From the IMG/VR virus record IMGVR_UViG_3300035698_018475, positions 60,323 to 124,322 of that record: 64,000 nucleotides of DNA; one strand, written 5' to 3'. Positions 48,141-56,493 of the stretch are shown one piece after another. The stretch comes from a virus. Within the stretch, counting starts at the first letter, position 1. Each line of letters opens with the position of its first letter. Position numbers and translations under genes: made by a program. A model generated the notes under the pieces. It was not told the DNA's origin. It saw only the letters and a program-made list of their open reading frames with translations, and did no database searches.

Positions 48141-48839
48141 CTATTGCGATTTTCCTTTACTTATTTGTTTAATTGTCCAGGAAATTCCTCTTATTTGTTC
48201 AAAGGAGAGTGGGTCTAGCGAGACAGCAAGAGCCGAACAATCCTCAACATTTAATATGGTGTTGATGTGTAATAAATCTGTTTTTTCTGTGTGTGTGAAA
48301 TGTACTTTTGTATTACCCATCGCTTCCTTACTTACAGTTTTTACTTCTCTGTTGGTCTTAATAGGAAGGGTAACCACTGTTTCATGCTTCCCATCAGGCC
48401 AGATCACTATGACATCCCTCCTGATTCTCACGGCGTAACGAATGGTGGCCCATGTACCACTCCTAGTCTCTTCATTAAACCCCGCAGGACACGCTATAAG
48501 GAGCTGACAGCAGTCAACAATATCCTTATTACGTTCAAGATAAGGCTTGCTTAGCCAGGCTCCGGAAGAGTTTACTCTTAATCGGCATTTTCCCCAGAAA
48601 GATCCTTGAGAGAAGTCACAGAAGAAAGGTTTTGCCTCTTTAGGATGCCCAGGATGCTCCACTATACGAAATTCTAACTCACTGGCAATATTATGTGCTT
48701 CTATATCAGCACCCTCACAGCACCCATGATGAAAGATGGTACCCTTCCCTTCCTTCTCCATCAACATTTGGAGAGTGAGTTTTTGTTGGGTGGCTAATCC
48801 TTTTCTTGTCCCGGTGAATCCCAATATTTTATACTGCAT
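48141..48839 (-). CDS. SLOG-superfamily (YspA/DprA-like Rossmann) protein
   Basis: GFTGTR, HGCCEGAD, RNKDIVD, SGTWATIRYA. Confidence 0.75.
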   Translation of the reverse strand: MQYKILGFTGTRKGLATQQKLTLQMLMEKEGKGTIFHHGCCEGADIEAHNIASELEFRIVEHPGHPKEAKPFFCDFSQGSFWGKCRLRVNSSGAWLSKPYLERNKDIVDCCQLLIACPAGFNEETRSGTWATIRYAVRIRRDVIVIWPDGKHETVVTLPIKTNREVKTVSKEAMGNTKVHFTHTEKTDLLHINTILNVEDCSALAVSLDPLSFEQIRGISWTIKQISKGKSQ

Positions 48840-48854
48840 ACTTTTCTCCTTATA

Positions 48855-49379
48855 CTAATCATTCCAATACTTGGCTAATTCCTCAATCAATTGTTCTATT
48901 TCCGTCTGTAACTTTGGTTTGTATTTAATCCTGGCCTTACAGGCGGCCACTCGATTTTGTGCGTCAATCTCTCCAGGACGGTTTCTCCACTTCCTGTTCT
49001 TGTCTTTGAAATTCTCACCCAGTTGATACTGACGGATATGACCAAATTCATGTAGTATGGTGTCAAAGAAGATTGTCACATTTTCCTGGGGAGATTTCCA
49101 GTGGTACTTCCGGGGTTTCATTTCGACCCAACCATTGCAAAACACATGACCCTTTTTATCTGTACCATCCTTGTTTGAACGTTTCTTGGATAATACCCAT
49201 CTTGCCACCCACCTACAATTATGTGCAAAACTTATAACAGTTCGTCCACCTTTTGAAATAGTTACCAGAGTGGGATAATCCTCAGGTTCAATCAAATTCA
49301 AGTTGTACGCAATTAGTAGTAACCTTTTCAGTGGTTTGTCCGGGAGATTACTTTTTTTATTGTATACTCTTATTTTCAC
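48855..49379 (-). CDS. Zincin-like (HExxH) metallopeptidase-like protein
   Basis: TILHEFGHIRQY...EIDA; GTG start with AAGGAG RBS. Confidence 0.6.
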   Translation of the reverse strand: MKIRVYNKKSNLPDKPLKRLLLIAYNLNLIEPEDYPTLVTISKGGRTVISFAHNCRWVARWVLSKKRSNKDGTDKKGHVFCNGWVEMKPRKYHWKSPQENVTIFFDTILHEFGHIRQYQLGENFKDKNRKWRNRPGEIDAQNRVAACKARIKYKPKLQTEIEQLIEELAKYWND

Positions 49380-49396
49380 TCTTTTCTCCTTACTTA

Positions 49397-49618
49397 TTAG
49401 TATTTCTGTGAAAGATAATCCAATACGGCAAATTCCATTGTACCACCAAAGTAGTGTAAACAGTTGGCAATAAACTGATAAATTTGTTCGTCCGTTACCC
49501 GAGCATCGTAGTCCACATAATAAGATCGTGCACATCTACGCAAGGTTTCACGATCGTGTCCCCCTAGCTCGTTAACATAATTTCTAATAGTATCATCTAC
49601 TATTCCTTTATCTTTCAT
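49397..49618 (-). CDS. Hypothetical protein
   Basis: ORF with RBS. Confidence 0.5.
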   Translation of the reverse strand: MKDKGIVDDTIRNYVNELGGHDRETLRRCARSYYVDYDARVTDEQIYQFIANCLHYFGGTMEFAVLDYLSQKY

Positions 49619-49633
49619 TCTTTTCTCCTTTAC

Positions 49634-49885
49634 TTAATAAGAGGAAGATCTCGGGGAGAAGCATTCTCCTTCACACCCATTAAGATCATGCCCAATGGTA
49701 GAAGCGATCTCATCATCGGTCATATTGTTCTTCTCTCCAAACTCGATGAATCGTAACAGAGCTTTTACTGCAGGTTCTCCCAGTGCTTTCTTGAATCTCA
49801 TTATGGCAGACCAAATCATTTGTTGATCCCAATCATAAAGTTTAAGATATTTGTAGATTCTTAGAGTCACTTCTAGCTGGTTCAT
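49634..49885 (-). CDS. Hypothetical protein
   Basis: ATG 49885 with AAGGAG RBS. Confidence 0.55.
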   Translation of the reverse strand: MNQLEVTLRIYKYLKLYDWDQQMIWSAIMRFKKALGEPAVKALLRFIEFGEKNNMTDDEIASTIGHDLNGCEGECFSPRSSSY

Positions 49886-49899
49886 ACGTTTCTCCTTAC

Positions 49900-49950
49900 T
49901 TACCATAGTGCCAGGGTTACTAATACTGCTAACCAAAATATTCTTTTCAT
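49900..49950 (-). CDS. 16-aa hydrophobic micropeptide MKRIFWLAVLVTLALW
   Basis: AAGGAAG RBS; stop abuts the next RBS. Confidence 0.45.
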   Translation of the reverse strand: MKRIFWLAVLVTLALW

Positions 49951-49961
49951 TTTGTTCTTCC

Positions 49962-50087
49962 TTACTTACTCTTCCTCTTCATTTCGAACCCACAGCAATA
50001 TAGTTTTGGTGGATTCCCTTCAGTTCCTTTTGTTGTTCTTGTTTTGCGACATTTTGTACATTTAAGTACCATTACTTTTTGTTTCAC
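49962..50087 (-). CDS. 41-aa zinc-ribbon microprotein
   Basis: GTG start with AAGGAG RBS; CTKC...CCG. Confidence 0.55.
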   Translation of the reverse strand: MKQKVMVLKCTKCRKTRTTKGTEGNPPKLYCCGFEMKRKSK

Positions 50088-50157
50088 TGTTTTCTCCTTT
50101 AATTAACTACTAATTTTTGAAGTACCACTCTTTCCAGTAACTCACCCATTACCATTT

Positions 50158-50583
50158 TTAACCATTAAAGTTGGCCTTCTCAAAAGGTTTCAGTAATTTG
50201 ATAACTTCTTCCGGAAGTTTGGCTAACCAATTCTCTTCCAGGAATTTCTTATACTTGTCCAGCTCCGAAAGTTTATACCTTGGTGTTTTGTCGCAGGATT
50301 TTGATTCCACATAACCATCCACCTCGGCAATGCTTACTGTTCCAGTCCGCATCCCAGCCTGACTAGTAGTGTGGCAAAGGATAACCTCTTTCTCCCCATC
50401 AAAAAGACTGACAATAGTTGTATAACAAGTTCTGGTTATACAACCTTCGAACTCTTCTTCTCTCAGTTCGTTTCTTTTCTCCGGGGTATCAAACTTGGGA
50501 TTTATCCTGGAGTGAATCTGAATAACTCTTTCGACCATTTCGTCCGTTCTCGAATGAGTAAATTGTTGTGTTTTCATTTCCAT
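50158..50583 (-). CDS. Hypothetical protein
   Basis: ORF with AAGGAG RBS; first gene of an early operon. Confidence 0.55.
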   Translation of the reverse strand: MEMKTQQFTHSRTDEMVERVIQIHSRINPKFDTPEKRNELREEEFEGCITRTCYTTIVSLFDGEKEVILCHTTSQAGMRTGTVSIAEVDGYVESKSCDKTPRYKLSELDKYKKFLEENWLAKLPEEVIKLLKPFEKANFNG

Positions 50584-50599
50584 ACTTTTTCTCCTTACC

Positions 50600-50900
50600 T
50601 AAAATTTTGAAATTATAGGCAAGCTACTGGAAAGAGTAATACTTCTGATTCATATAAAATAGTTACCTGCTTCCTAGAGTGGTAACTAATTTTATCAGAT
50701 CTGATTGATATTACTTTGCTTTTCCCTGCGGGTGAACTCCTCAACCTCCAGGCCCGTAATAGACTTATTGGTCTTGCTATTAGACCACCTGGCTAGCTAC
50801 TGGCTTTTAACCCAGTTCCCGCTTCTCATCCACCGAATGGTATTTGGGTGTTTTGCACCATCCGGGAACTCTATTTAGTTGTCAAAGAGCAATTAGCGTT
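50600..50900 (-). ncRNA. Putative structured leader RNA (about 300 nt)
   Basis: ORF-free; several helices (50814-50821/50863-50870, 50769-50787, 50660-50667/50681-50688). Confidence 0.45.
50879..50891 (-). promoter_or_regulatory. boxA-like antitermination element
   Basis: TGCTCTTTGACAA versus rrn boxA consensus TGCTCTTTAACA, just downstream of the promoter. Confidence 0.6.
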
Positions 50901-50908
50901 ACACCTTA

Positions 50909-50937
50909 ATTATAGCATATACTTTTATAAAAGTCAA
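50909..50937 (-). promoter_or_regulatory. sigma70-type promoter (extended -10) with perfect 14-bp palindrome
   Basis: TTGACT-17-TATAAT with TGn; ACTTTTATAAAAGT at 50921-50934. Confidence 0.85.
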
Positions 50938-50952
50938 GGAAAAAATGGGTTT

Positions 50953-51070
50953 TTAACTCCTTATATAGCAAGGGTTTAGAGAAAATGATGAATTTTTCTT
51001 ACCTACTTTTACCGGGTATTTTGAAGGAATAACGGGGTTTATAACTCCTTATTTTATAAGGGGTTATAAG
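50953..51070 (+). repeat. Two further copies of the 30-bp imperfect palindrome
   Basis: 50953-50982 and 51041-51070. Confidence 0.7.
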
Positions 51071-51615
51071 GACAGGAATTCATTTCTCACTTTGGGGTCG
51101 TCCCGGAATACTCCTAACAAACAACTTGTTGTGGTTATGGAGCCCGGTTTTTGCACTCCTCTTATGGCCATGCAGAGATGTTCTGCTTCGAGAATTACTC
51201 CCACTCCAAGAGGGCATAACTCATTTTGAATAGCTTCAGCCACCTTATAGGTCAGTCTCTCTTGTATTTGTAATCTCTTTGCAAAGCAATCCAATACCCG
51301 GGCCAGTTTGGACAATCCAATTAGGGTGCCACCCGGGATGTACCCGATCTTGGCTGTTCCTCTGAAAGGCAGCAAGTGGTGGGAACATAGGGAAGTAAAT
51401 GTTATATCCTTAATTACCACCATTTCATCACAGGGATCCTTAAATTTAGTACTCATAATATCAGATAGGTTCATGCTATACCCGGATAAAAAGGATTCTG
51501 TCCAGGCTTTGACCACTCTTGCCGGAGTATTTTTCAGGTGTTGATCTTCCATATTAAACAGTCCGGTTTCACATAGAAAATTCCTAATCGCGTTTTCCAT
51601 TCTTTGCTTGTTCAT
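51064..51615 (-). CDS. folE: GTP cyclohydrolase I
   Basis: TPARV, SLCSHHLLPF, GLSKLAR, RLQIQERLT, HLCMAIRGV. Confidence 0.95.
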   Translation of the reverse strand: MNKQRMENAIRNFLCETGLFNMEDQHLKNTPARVVKAWTESFLSGYSMNLSDIMSTKFKDPCDEMVVIKDITFTSLCSHHLLPFRGTAKIGYIPGGTLIGLSKLARVLDCFAKRLQIQERLTYKVAEAIQNELCPLGVGVILEAEHLCMAIRGVQKPGSITTTSCLLGVFRDDPKVRNEFLSL

Positions 51616-52012
51616 TTGTTACTCCTTTCAGTAACCAACTTAAATCTACGGGTTTATAGGTATCAGGTTTTAGTACTTTTCCACCAGCATCCTTATGTAT
51701 CTTCCCATCGGGGAAGATCTTGGTCATATTGGATATATGTATTTGTCTAAATATCTCTTGTATGGGTAAACCCATTTCTGTAGCCATTCCAAAGGTTACA
51801 TATAGAAGATCCCCCAGTGCGTCTGCAATTCCAATCAAATCCTTCTCTCTTACAGCATCAGCCAGTTCCCCTGCTTCAGACATTATAAGAGATAGTCTTC
51901 GTATCATATCTTCTGCAGGAATGAGAGTAGGTTTACTCGCTATTGGAACTTCAAAGTGTTTGTGAAATTCTAACATCTTAACTTCAAAACTAGTTACGAA
52001 TCTACCTTTCAT
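51584..52012 (-). CDS. MazG-like / all-alpha NTP pyrophosphohydrolase
   Basis: SEAGEL...DALGDLLYV...SNMTK...GKVLKP. Confidence 0.85.
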   Translation of the reverse strand: MKGRFVTSFEVKMLEFHKHFEVPIASKPTLIPAEDMIRRLSLIMSEAGELADAVREKDLIGIADALGDLLYVTFGMATEMGLPIQEIFRQIHISNMTKIFPDGKIHKDAGGKVLKPDTYKPVDLSWLLKGVTNEQAKNGKRD

Positions 52013-52953
52013 AATCTCTCCGTGCTTTCTATAAGGCCCATCAACTTATTTCTACCATAGTCCTTACCATAACTATCAGGATCGTGCCCCGTTGGAAAGT
52101 GAACTACCTTTATAATATCTACGAAAGGTTGAAACATTTTAGCCATCTTTCGGGCTTTGAAATAAGCATCCGAATCCCAGGCAAGTACAAGTTCTTCCGG
52201 GTTGTAATCCAGAATAAGTCTTTTCTGTACTTTTGTAATGTGGATCCCAAAGGTACAAACTGCATCCTTTCCTATCCTCCATGCATCAAATACTCCTTCG
52301 GTTATAATTATTCTGTCATTTTTTAGAGAGTCAAAGTTGTATAGATATTGGTTAATCCCGGATGAAAGATGTTTATGTTTTACTCTTGCAGTTCCTGTCA
52401 TATCTGTTCCAGTGAATGATACCAGTTTATATTTATAAATAACCGGGATTATCATTCGGTTCATCCACTTCCCGGCCCTACAGTAATGGCATAGATAGTA
52501 TTCACATTTTGTTAAAGTGAAGTCCCTTTCAGATAGGAACTTGTCTAGCAGAGGAAGTGATGTATCTTCTGTTATAGGATAGCAAAATTTAGGCATATTT
52601 ATTGGTTCAAATTTCTCTCTCCCCTCTTGCGTATCCTCCTCCTCGGTTATTCCCCGTATTCTATCAAGAGCGGGTATACCACTTACAGTTTTTGCTCCTA
52701 CTGCCTGGACATATTCCTCCCAGGATATACCCATCACTTCCTGTAATAGATCGAATAGTTCTCCATTCGCATCGCACTTCCAGCAAGTGTAGTATCCCCT
52801 TTTCCTATGAATTCCCAGGTGGTTGGAATCATCACTACAGAATGGGCAGGTCATTCCATAGAATTTGTCACCTATGTTCTTCCCACGTTCCAGGTATGGG
52901 ATTTCATAAAAGTCCAACAGTTCTTTTACTTTATCTTCGTTAAGTGGTTCCAT
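52009..52953 (-). CDS. DNA primase (Zn finger + TOPRIM)
   Basis: CPFC...CWKC; ITEGVFD; AWDSD; DPD. Confidence 0.85.
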   Translation of the reverse strand: MEPLNEDKVKELLDFYEIPYLERGKNIGDKFYGMTCPFCSDDSNHLGIHRKRGYYTCWKCDANGELFDLLQEVMGISWEEYVQAVGAKTVSGIPALDRIRGITEEEDTQEGREKFEPINMPKFCYPITEDTSLPLLDKFLSERDFTLTKCEYYLCHYCRAGKWMNRMIIPVIYKYKLVSFTGTDMTGTARVKHKHLSSGINQYLYNFDSLKNDRIIITEGVFDAWRIGKDAVCTFGIHITKVQKRLILDYNPEELVLAWDSDAYFKARKMAKMFQPFVDIIKVVHFPTGHDPDSYGKDYGRNKLMGLIESTERL

Positions 52954-52961
52954 TTCGTTTC

Positions 52962-53168
52962 TTAACTCTTAAGTTTATCTCTTATCTCTGCTGTCTTCTT
53001 TGTCACCTTAAAACCACACCTTACACATTTTTTTCTATGTCCCTTAGGTACTCTAAATGCTCTACCACTTGGAGTATATCTAACCATGTAAATTTCACTC
53101 CAATCAGAGAATTCATGTTGACAGGTTTTTTTGTTAATAAATAATTGTTTCACAGTTAAGAAATTCAT
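52962..53168 (-). CDS. Small Cys/His protein
   Basis: CQH...CVRC. Confidence 0.5.
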   Translation of the reverse strand: MNFLTVKQLFINKKTCQHEFSDWSEIYMVRYTPSGRAFRVPKGHRKKCVRCGFKVTKKTAEIRDKLKS

Positions 53169-53193
53169 TTTTTACCCTTTCATTCACTTTAAT

Positions 53194-53604
53194 TTATTTT
53201 ATGCCTAACAATTCATATATTTGTTGAATACTTCCTTCTGGATCATCCTGATTAAACCTGAACCCCTTATTATCCACATACAATTCAGCCACAGGCTTAA
53301 AGTTGTTGGAATAATCAGGATTGTGCTTAGTGCTATTCACAGAATCAAACTCAAACCCATTTACTTTCAACCACATGATTATATTTGCATCAACCTCTCT
53401 ACAAGTATAGAGAAATACTTTATAACCATTTTCCCTCAAAAGTCGAGTACATTTGGCCACTCCCGGAACTAGGGGCCCAAAAGTGTTGAGTTTTAACTCT
53501 TGATCAAATTTACAACAAACTCCATCAAAATCAAATCCCACCCACTTATCTTCCTTTTCATGTATAAGTCTGTAGGGTATATTTTTATCTAAGAGCATTT
53601 TCAT
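53194..53604 (-). CDS. HAD-superfamily phosphatase
   Basis: FDFDG, YTCR, YVDNK. Confidence 0.75.
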   Translation of the reverse strand: MKMLLDKNIPYRLIHEKEDKWVGFDFDGVCCKFDQELKLNTFGPLVPGVAKCTRLLRENGYKVFLYTCREVDANIIMWLKVNGFEFDSVNSTKHNPDYSNNFKPVAELYVDNKGFRFNQDDPEGSIQQIYELLGIK

Positions 53605-53619
53605 TTTCTCTTTTTGTTA

Positions 53620-53937
53620 CTATTGGTCTCTAGGAGGTAAAACTCCAGTCAGGTCCACATAGCCTAGAAATATAATTTCACAGATAATTTCCCAAAACTG
53701 TTTTGTAATATTCAATCCACCAGCACCATCTTCTATATGTCCGGCCTTTCTCCATTTTTCTAGTACGTTGCGGTCGTCCTGATTCAAGTGTTGTGGATTT
53801 ATTCGTTGTTCATTCGTCATCGTGTACTGAATATATGGCATCAACCGCAGTTCAGTTTGGTCAATTTCATAACCTAATAGTAATTTTGATGCTTTTTTAA
53901 TTCTTTTTGTTAACTGTCCTCTTTTTTGTTCACTCAT
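53620..53937 (-). CDS. Hypothetical protein
   Basis: ORF in operon. Confidence 0.55.
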   Translation of the reverse strand: MSEQKRGQLTKRIKKASKLLLGYEIDQTELRLMPYIQYTMTNEQRINPQHLNQDDRNVLEKWRKAGHIEDGAGGLNITKQFWEIICEIIFLGYVDLTGVLPPRDQ

Positions 53938-53949
53938 TATTATCTCCTT

Positions 53950-54240
53950 CTACTTCCTCCTATGCCTATGCCGTATGTATTCAATCCAATCACCTTTGTG
54001 ACCTATTCGATCCAAGTACTCTTCCCATATAGTCCTACTGTATGCTATTTGTTCCATTCGTAGTATTTGTTCTTTACTCCATCCTCTTTGTAACAATCTT
54101 CTCTTAAAGTCACCCAGTAGTTCCAGAGGATTCTGTTTTAAGAGATGTCCAATATTTGCCAAATCTCTGAGATGTTGTATAACTGCTTTCATATCTCTTA
54201 GGTTAACATAACATACTGGCTTCTTCCTACGGACTATCAA
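53950..54240 (-). CDS. Hypothetical protein
   Basis: ORF in operon. Confidence 0.5.
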   Translation of the reverse strand: MIVRRKKPVCYVNLRDMKAVIQHLRDLANIGHLLKQNPLELLGDFKRRLLQRGWSKEQILRMEQIAYSRTIWEEYLDRIGHKGDWIEYIRHRHRRK

Positions 54241-55945
54241 TTACGCCCCCTTTCTGTTTTATGTAATCCAGAACGATCTTAGCTGCGTGAATTTCATTTT
54301 CCCTCTGTTTGGGAGCCTGCTCCTCCAGAGAACCTTTAGTTATCAGATCTATTATAAGACAAGTCTTCTCCTGTTTGGCCCTAATTATTCTTCCCTCACA
54401 TTGATCCCTCACAAGACCATTGCTTGTCTGATGGAAGAATATAATGGTAGAAGCTACTATTAACTCCCAACTCTCAGAGGCACAAGAGTCTTGTCCCAGT
54501 AAGATATTGGTCTTTTTATTATCCTTAAACCTCTTGAAGTTCTCGGATCGGTCTGTTTTTGAATCACTTCCCCTTATTGTGGTATATGGTATTTTACTTT
54601 TCTTCAACCACTCTTCCAGCATATCTCCCTCCTCAAGGTAAGAGAAGAATATGATGGCCTTTCCTTCCACTTCTTGTAGTATATATCCCAACTCCTGTAA
54701 CTTATTTGATTTCATCCTAATTGCCGTTCGTTCTTCATTAGGTGGTGAAGTATATATAAATCCACTGGCCAGTTGTTTTAGTTTATGGGTTTTTGTCAAT
54801 ACATTCCCTATATTTACCACCAGGTTATCTATAAGTTTTTGTTCCCATTTTATCTGTTCTTTCGTCATCATTACTGTTTTAGTCTGTCTGATCACTGGAG
54901 GAAGATCTATACATTCTCCCTTCTCATAACTTATACAGGAGGTAGATATTCTTCCCAGTATTTTCTCTTCATTCTTCTTACTCTTCAACTTCCAGTCAAA
55001 CCCATATTTCCTGAAGTAAGCATTTCTGAATTGAAAGAAATTGTTGCCCAAAGATGCTCCCAAATCTATCACCCTCATTATATTCCATAATTGTAACAGA
55101 TTATTATCCACACTCTTTTTCCTACAGGGGGATCCAGTGAGTCCTATAACTTTCTGGGCTCTCCAGGATAATTCATAGGCCAGTTTGGATTGTACTGTAT
55201 CACTACTTGATACTCTATGGATCTCATCAAATATGATACAATCAAAACGATCGGTTATAGAAGAGTGATTGATCTTCCACTTTTTTAGTAGGTGAAAATC
55301 TTGTAGAGAAATGGTTACCTCTTCCTTTTCCTCCTCTATGGTTAGTATAACAATTACAGAATCCTTATCGGGGAAATTTTTAACTATCCCTTTTTTACCA
55401 TTATATTTCTTATACTGTTCTCCAACGATCTTACCTTCTTTACCAATGTCTTCTTTAAGTCCTTTGGATGGACCTCCCACTTCTTGCTGCCCGAATAATA
55501 CTTTCAAGCCCTCGTAGTTGACTATGTAATAGTCATAGTCCTCTTCCATCAGTTGTTTTCTATCTGATGCCGATCCTGTTAAAGTCACGTAAGAGAAGTC
55601 TGTATATTTCTCCAAGTCTCGGATCCATCCATCAAAGGATGCATAAGGACCTACCACCAGGGTTCTTAATGGTTCCCATATCCAGGAAGTCCATATCCCG
55701 GCCAGAGTCTTACCAGTACCAATTCCATGGGGGAATAACACCCGGTTCTTCTCTGATGCAAAAGCTATGGAGGTATATTGATGAAGCATGGGTTTTGTGT
55801 ATTTGAATAGTGTGGGAGATACATCTTGGAATAGATCTTCCAATTCTGGGAGAGATAGTAGTTTGTAGTCAAACTTTTTTGGTATCTTTCTTGTGGTATG
55901 TCGAGTCCTTCGGACCTTACCACTTTTATCCCTGGTTATTCCCAT
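54227..55945 (-). CDS. SNF2-family (SF2) helicase/ATPase with a KOW-like insertion
   Basis: GIGTGKT, VNYE, FDEIH, LTGSP, QCEGRIIR. Confidence 0.85.
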   Translation of the reverse strand: MGITRDKSGKVRRTRHTTRKIPKKFDYKLLSLPELEDLFQDVSPTLFKYTKPMLHQYTSIAFASEKNRVLFPHGIGTGKTLAGIWTSWIWEPLRTLVVGPYASFDGWIRDLEKYTDFSYVTLTGSASDRKQLMEEDYDYYIVNYEGLKVLFGQQEVGGPSKGLKEDIGKEGKIVGEQYKKYNGKKGIVKNFPDKDSVIVILTIEEEKEEVTISLQDFHLLKKWKINHSSITDRFDCIIFDEIHRVSSSDTVQSKLAYELSWRAQKVIGLTGSPCRKKSVDNNLLQLWNIMRVIDLGASLGNNFFQFRNAYFRKYGFDWKLKSKKNEEKILGRISTSCISYEKGECIDLPPVIRQTKTVMMTKEQIKWEQKLIDNLVVNIGNVLTKTHKLKQLASGFIYTSPPNEERTAIRMKSNKLQELGYILQEVEGKAIIFFSYLEEGDMLEEWLKKSKIPYTTIRGSDSKTDRSENFKRFKDNKKTNILLGQDSCASESWELIVASTIIFFHQTSNGLVRDQCEGRIIRAKQEKTCLIIDLITKGSLEEQAPKQRENEIHAAKIVLDYIKQKGGVIDSP

Positions 55946-56235
55946 CTATGGGTACTCCTATTTTTTATGTTCAGTTGAAGTGAGGTACGTTGTTGTTTTT
56001 CATTATTTAATGTTATGTACATTACTATCTGTTTTATTAGTCGTTTCTGTGTCAGTTCTTTTAATGCTCTATAGTAAGTTCTTTCAGCCATACCTATTTT
56101 TCTTTTTATAATTTTACTGTGGGTTGTGATTATAGTACTTCTACCATGCGCTTGTGCGTAAATCCAACCATAGAGTATCTTACTACAAGTTCTTAAATCG
56201 GTTCTTCTTAAAATCCAATCTGGTATCATAACCAT
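55936..56235 (-). CDS. Winged HTH protein (replication-initiator-type N-domain)
   Basis: IPDWILRRTDL...KILYG...ERTYYRALKEL. Confidence 0.65.
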   Translation of the reverse strand: MVMIPDWILRRTDLRTCSKILYGWIYAQAHGRSTIITTHSKIIKRKIGMAERTYYRALKELTQKRLIKQIVMYITLNNEKQQRTSLQLNIKNRSTHRWE

Positions 56236-56248
56236 ATTATTTTATTCC

Positions 56249-56491
56249 TTATTTCATTCCTGATAATTTAGACACTACTCCTTGTAACGTACTTTGTGCT
56301 TCAAGCAAACTCTGTATCTTATCATGGGCATAAGTTACTGACTTTTTAAGCTTTTTCTGTTCAATAAGTAGATTCCACAAACAGATTCTTTGATCAGTGT
56401 GGCATCTAACATTATTTGTACCTTGTAAAGTAATAACACTGATCGATTCATTACTAAAAAATTCTTGTCCACAAATAGCACATTCATTCAT
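56249..56491 (-). CDS. Hypothetical zinc-finger + coiled-coil protein
   Basis: CAIC...CH...C. Confidence 0.5.
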   Translation of the reverse strand: MNECAICGQEFFSNESISVITLQGTNNVRCHTDQRICLWNLLIEQKKLKKSVTYAHDKIQSLLEAQSTLQGVVSKLSGMK

Positions 56492-56493
56492 AA

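Noticed and set aside
50099-50155. 18-aa ORF MVMGELLERVVLQKLVVN
   Set aside because: No clear RBS and too short to support.
50750-50790. preQ1-I or c-di-GMP riboswitch call for the leader pseudoknot
   Set aside because: The loop is only 7 nt and lacks the conserved preQ1-I ligand nucleotides and A-rich tail; GEMM core motifs are absent. Kept only as an unassigned structured RNA.
14773-51070. CRISPR array
   Set aside because: The 30-bp repeats occur only as dispersed pairs, with no regular repeat-spacer series and no cas genes.
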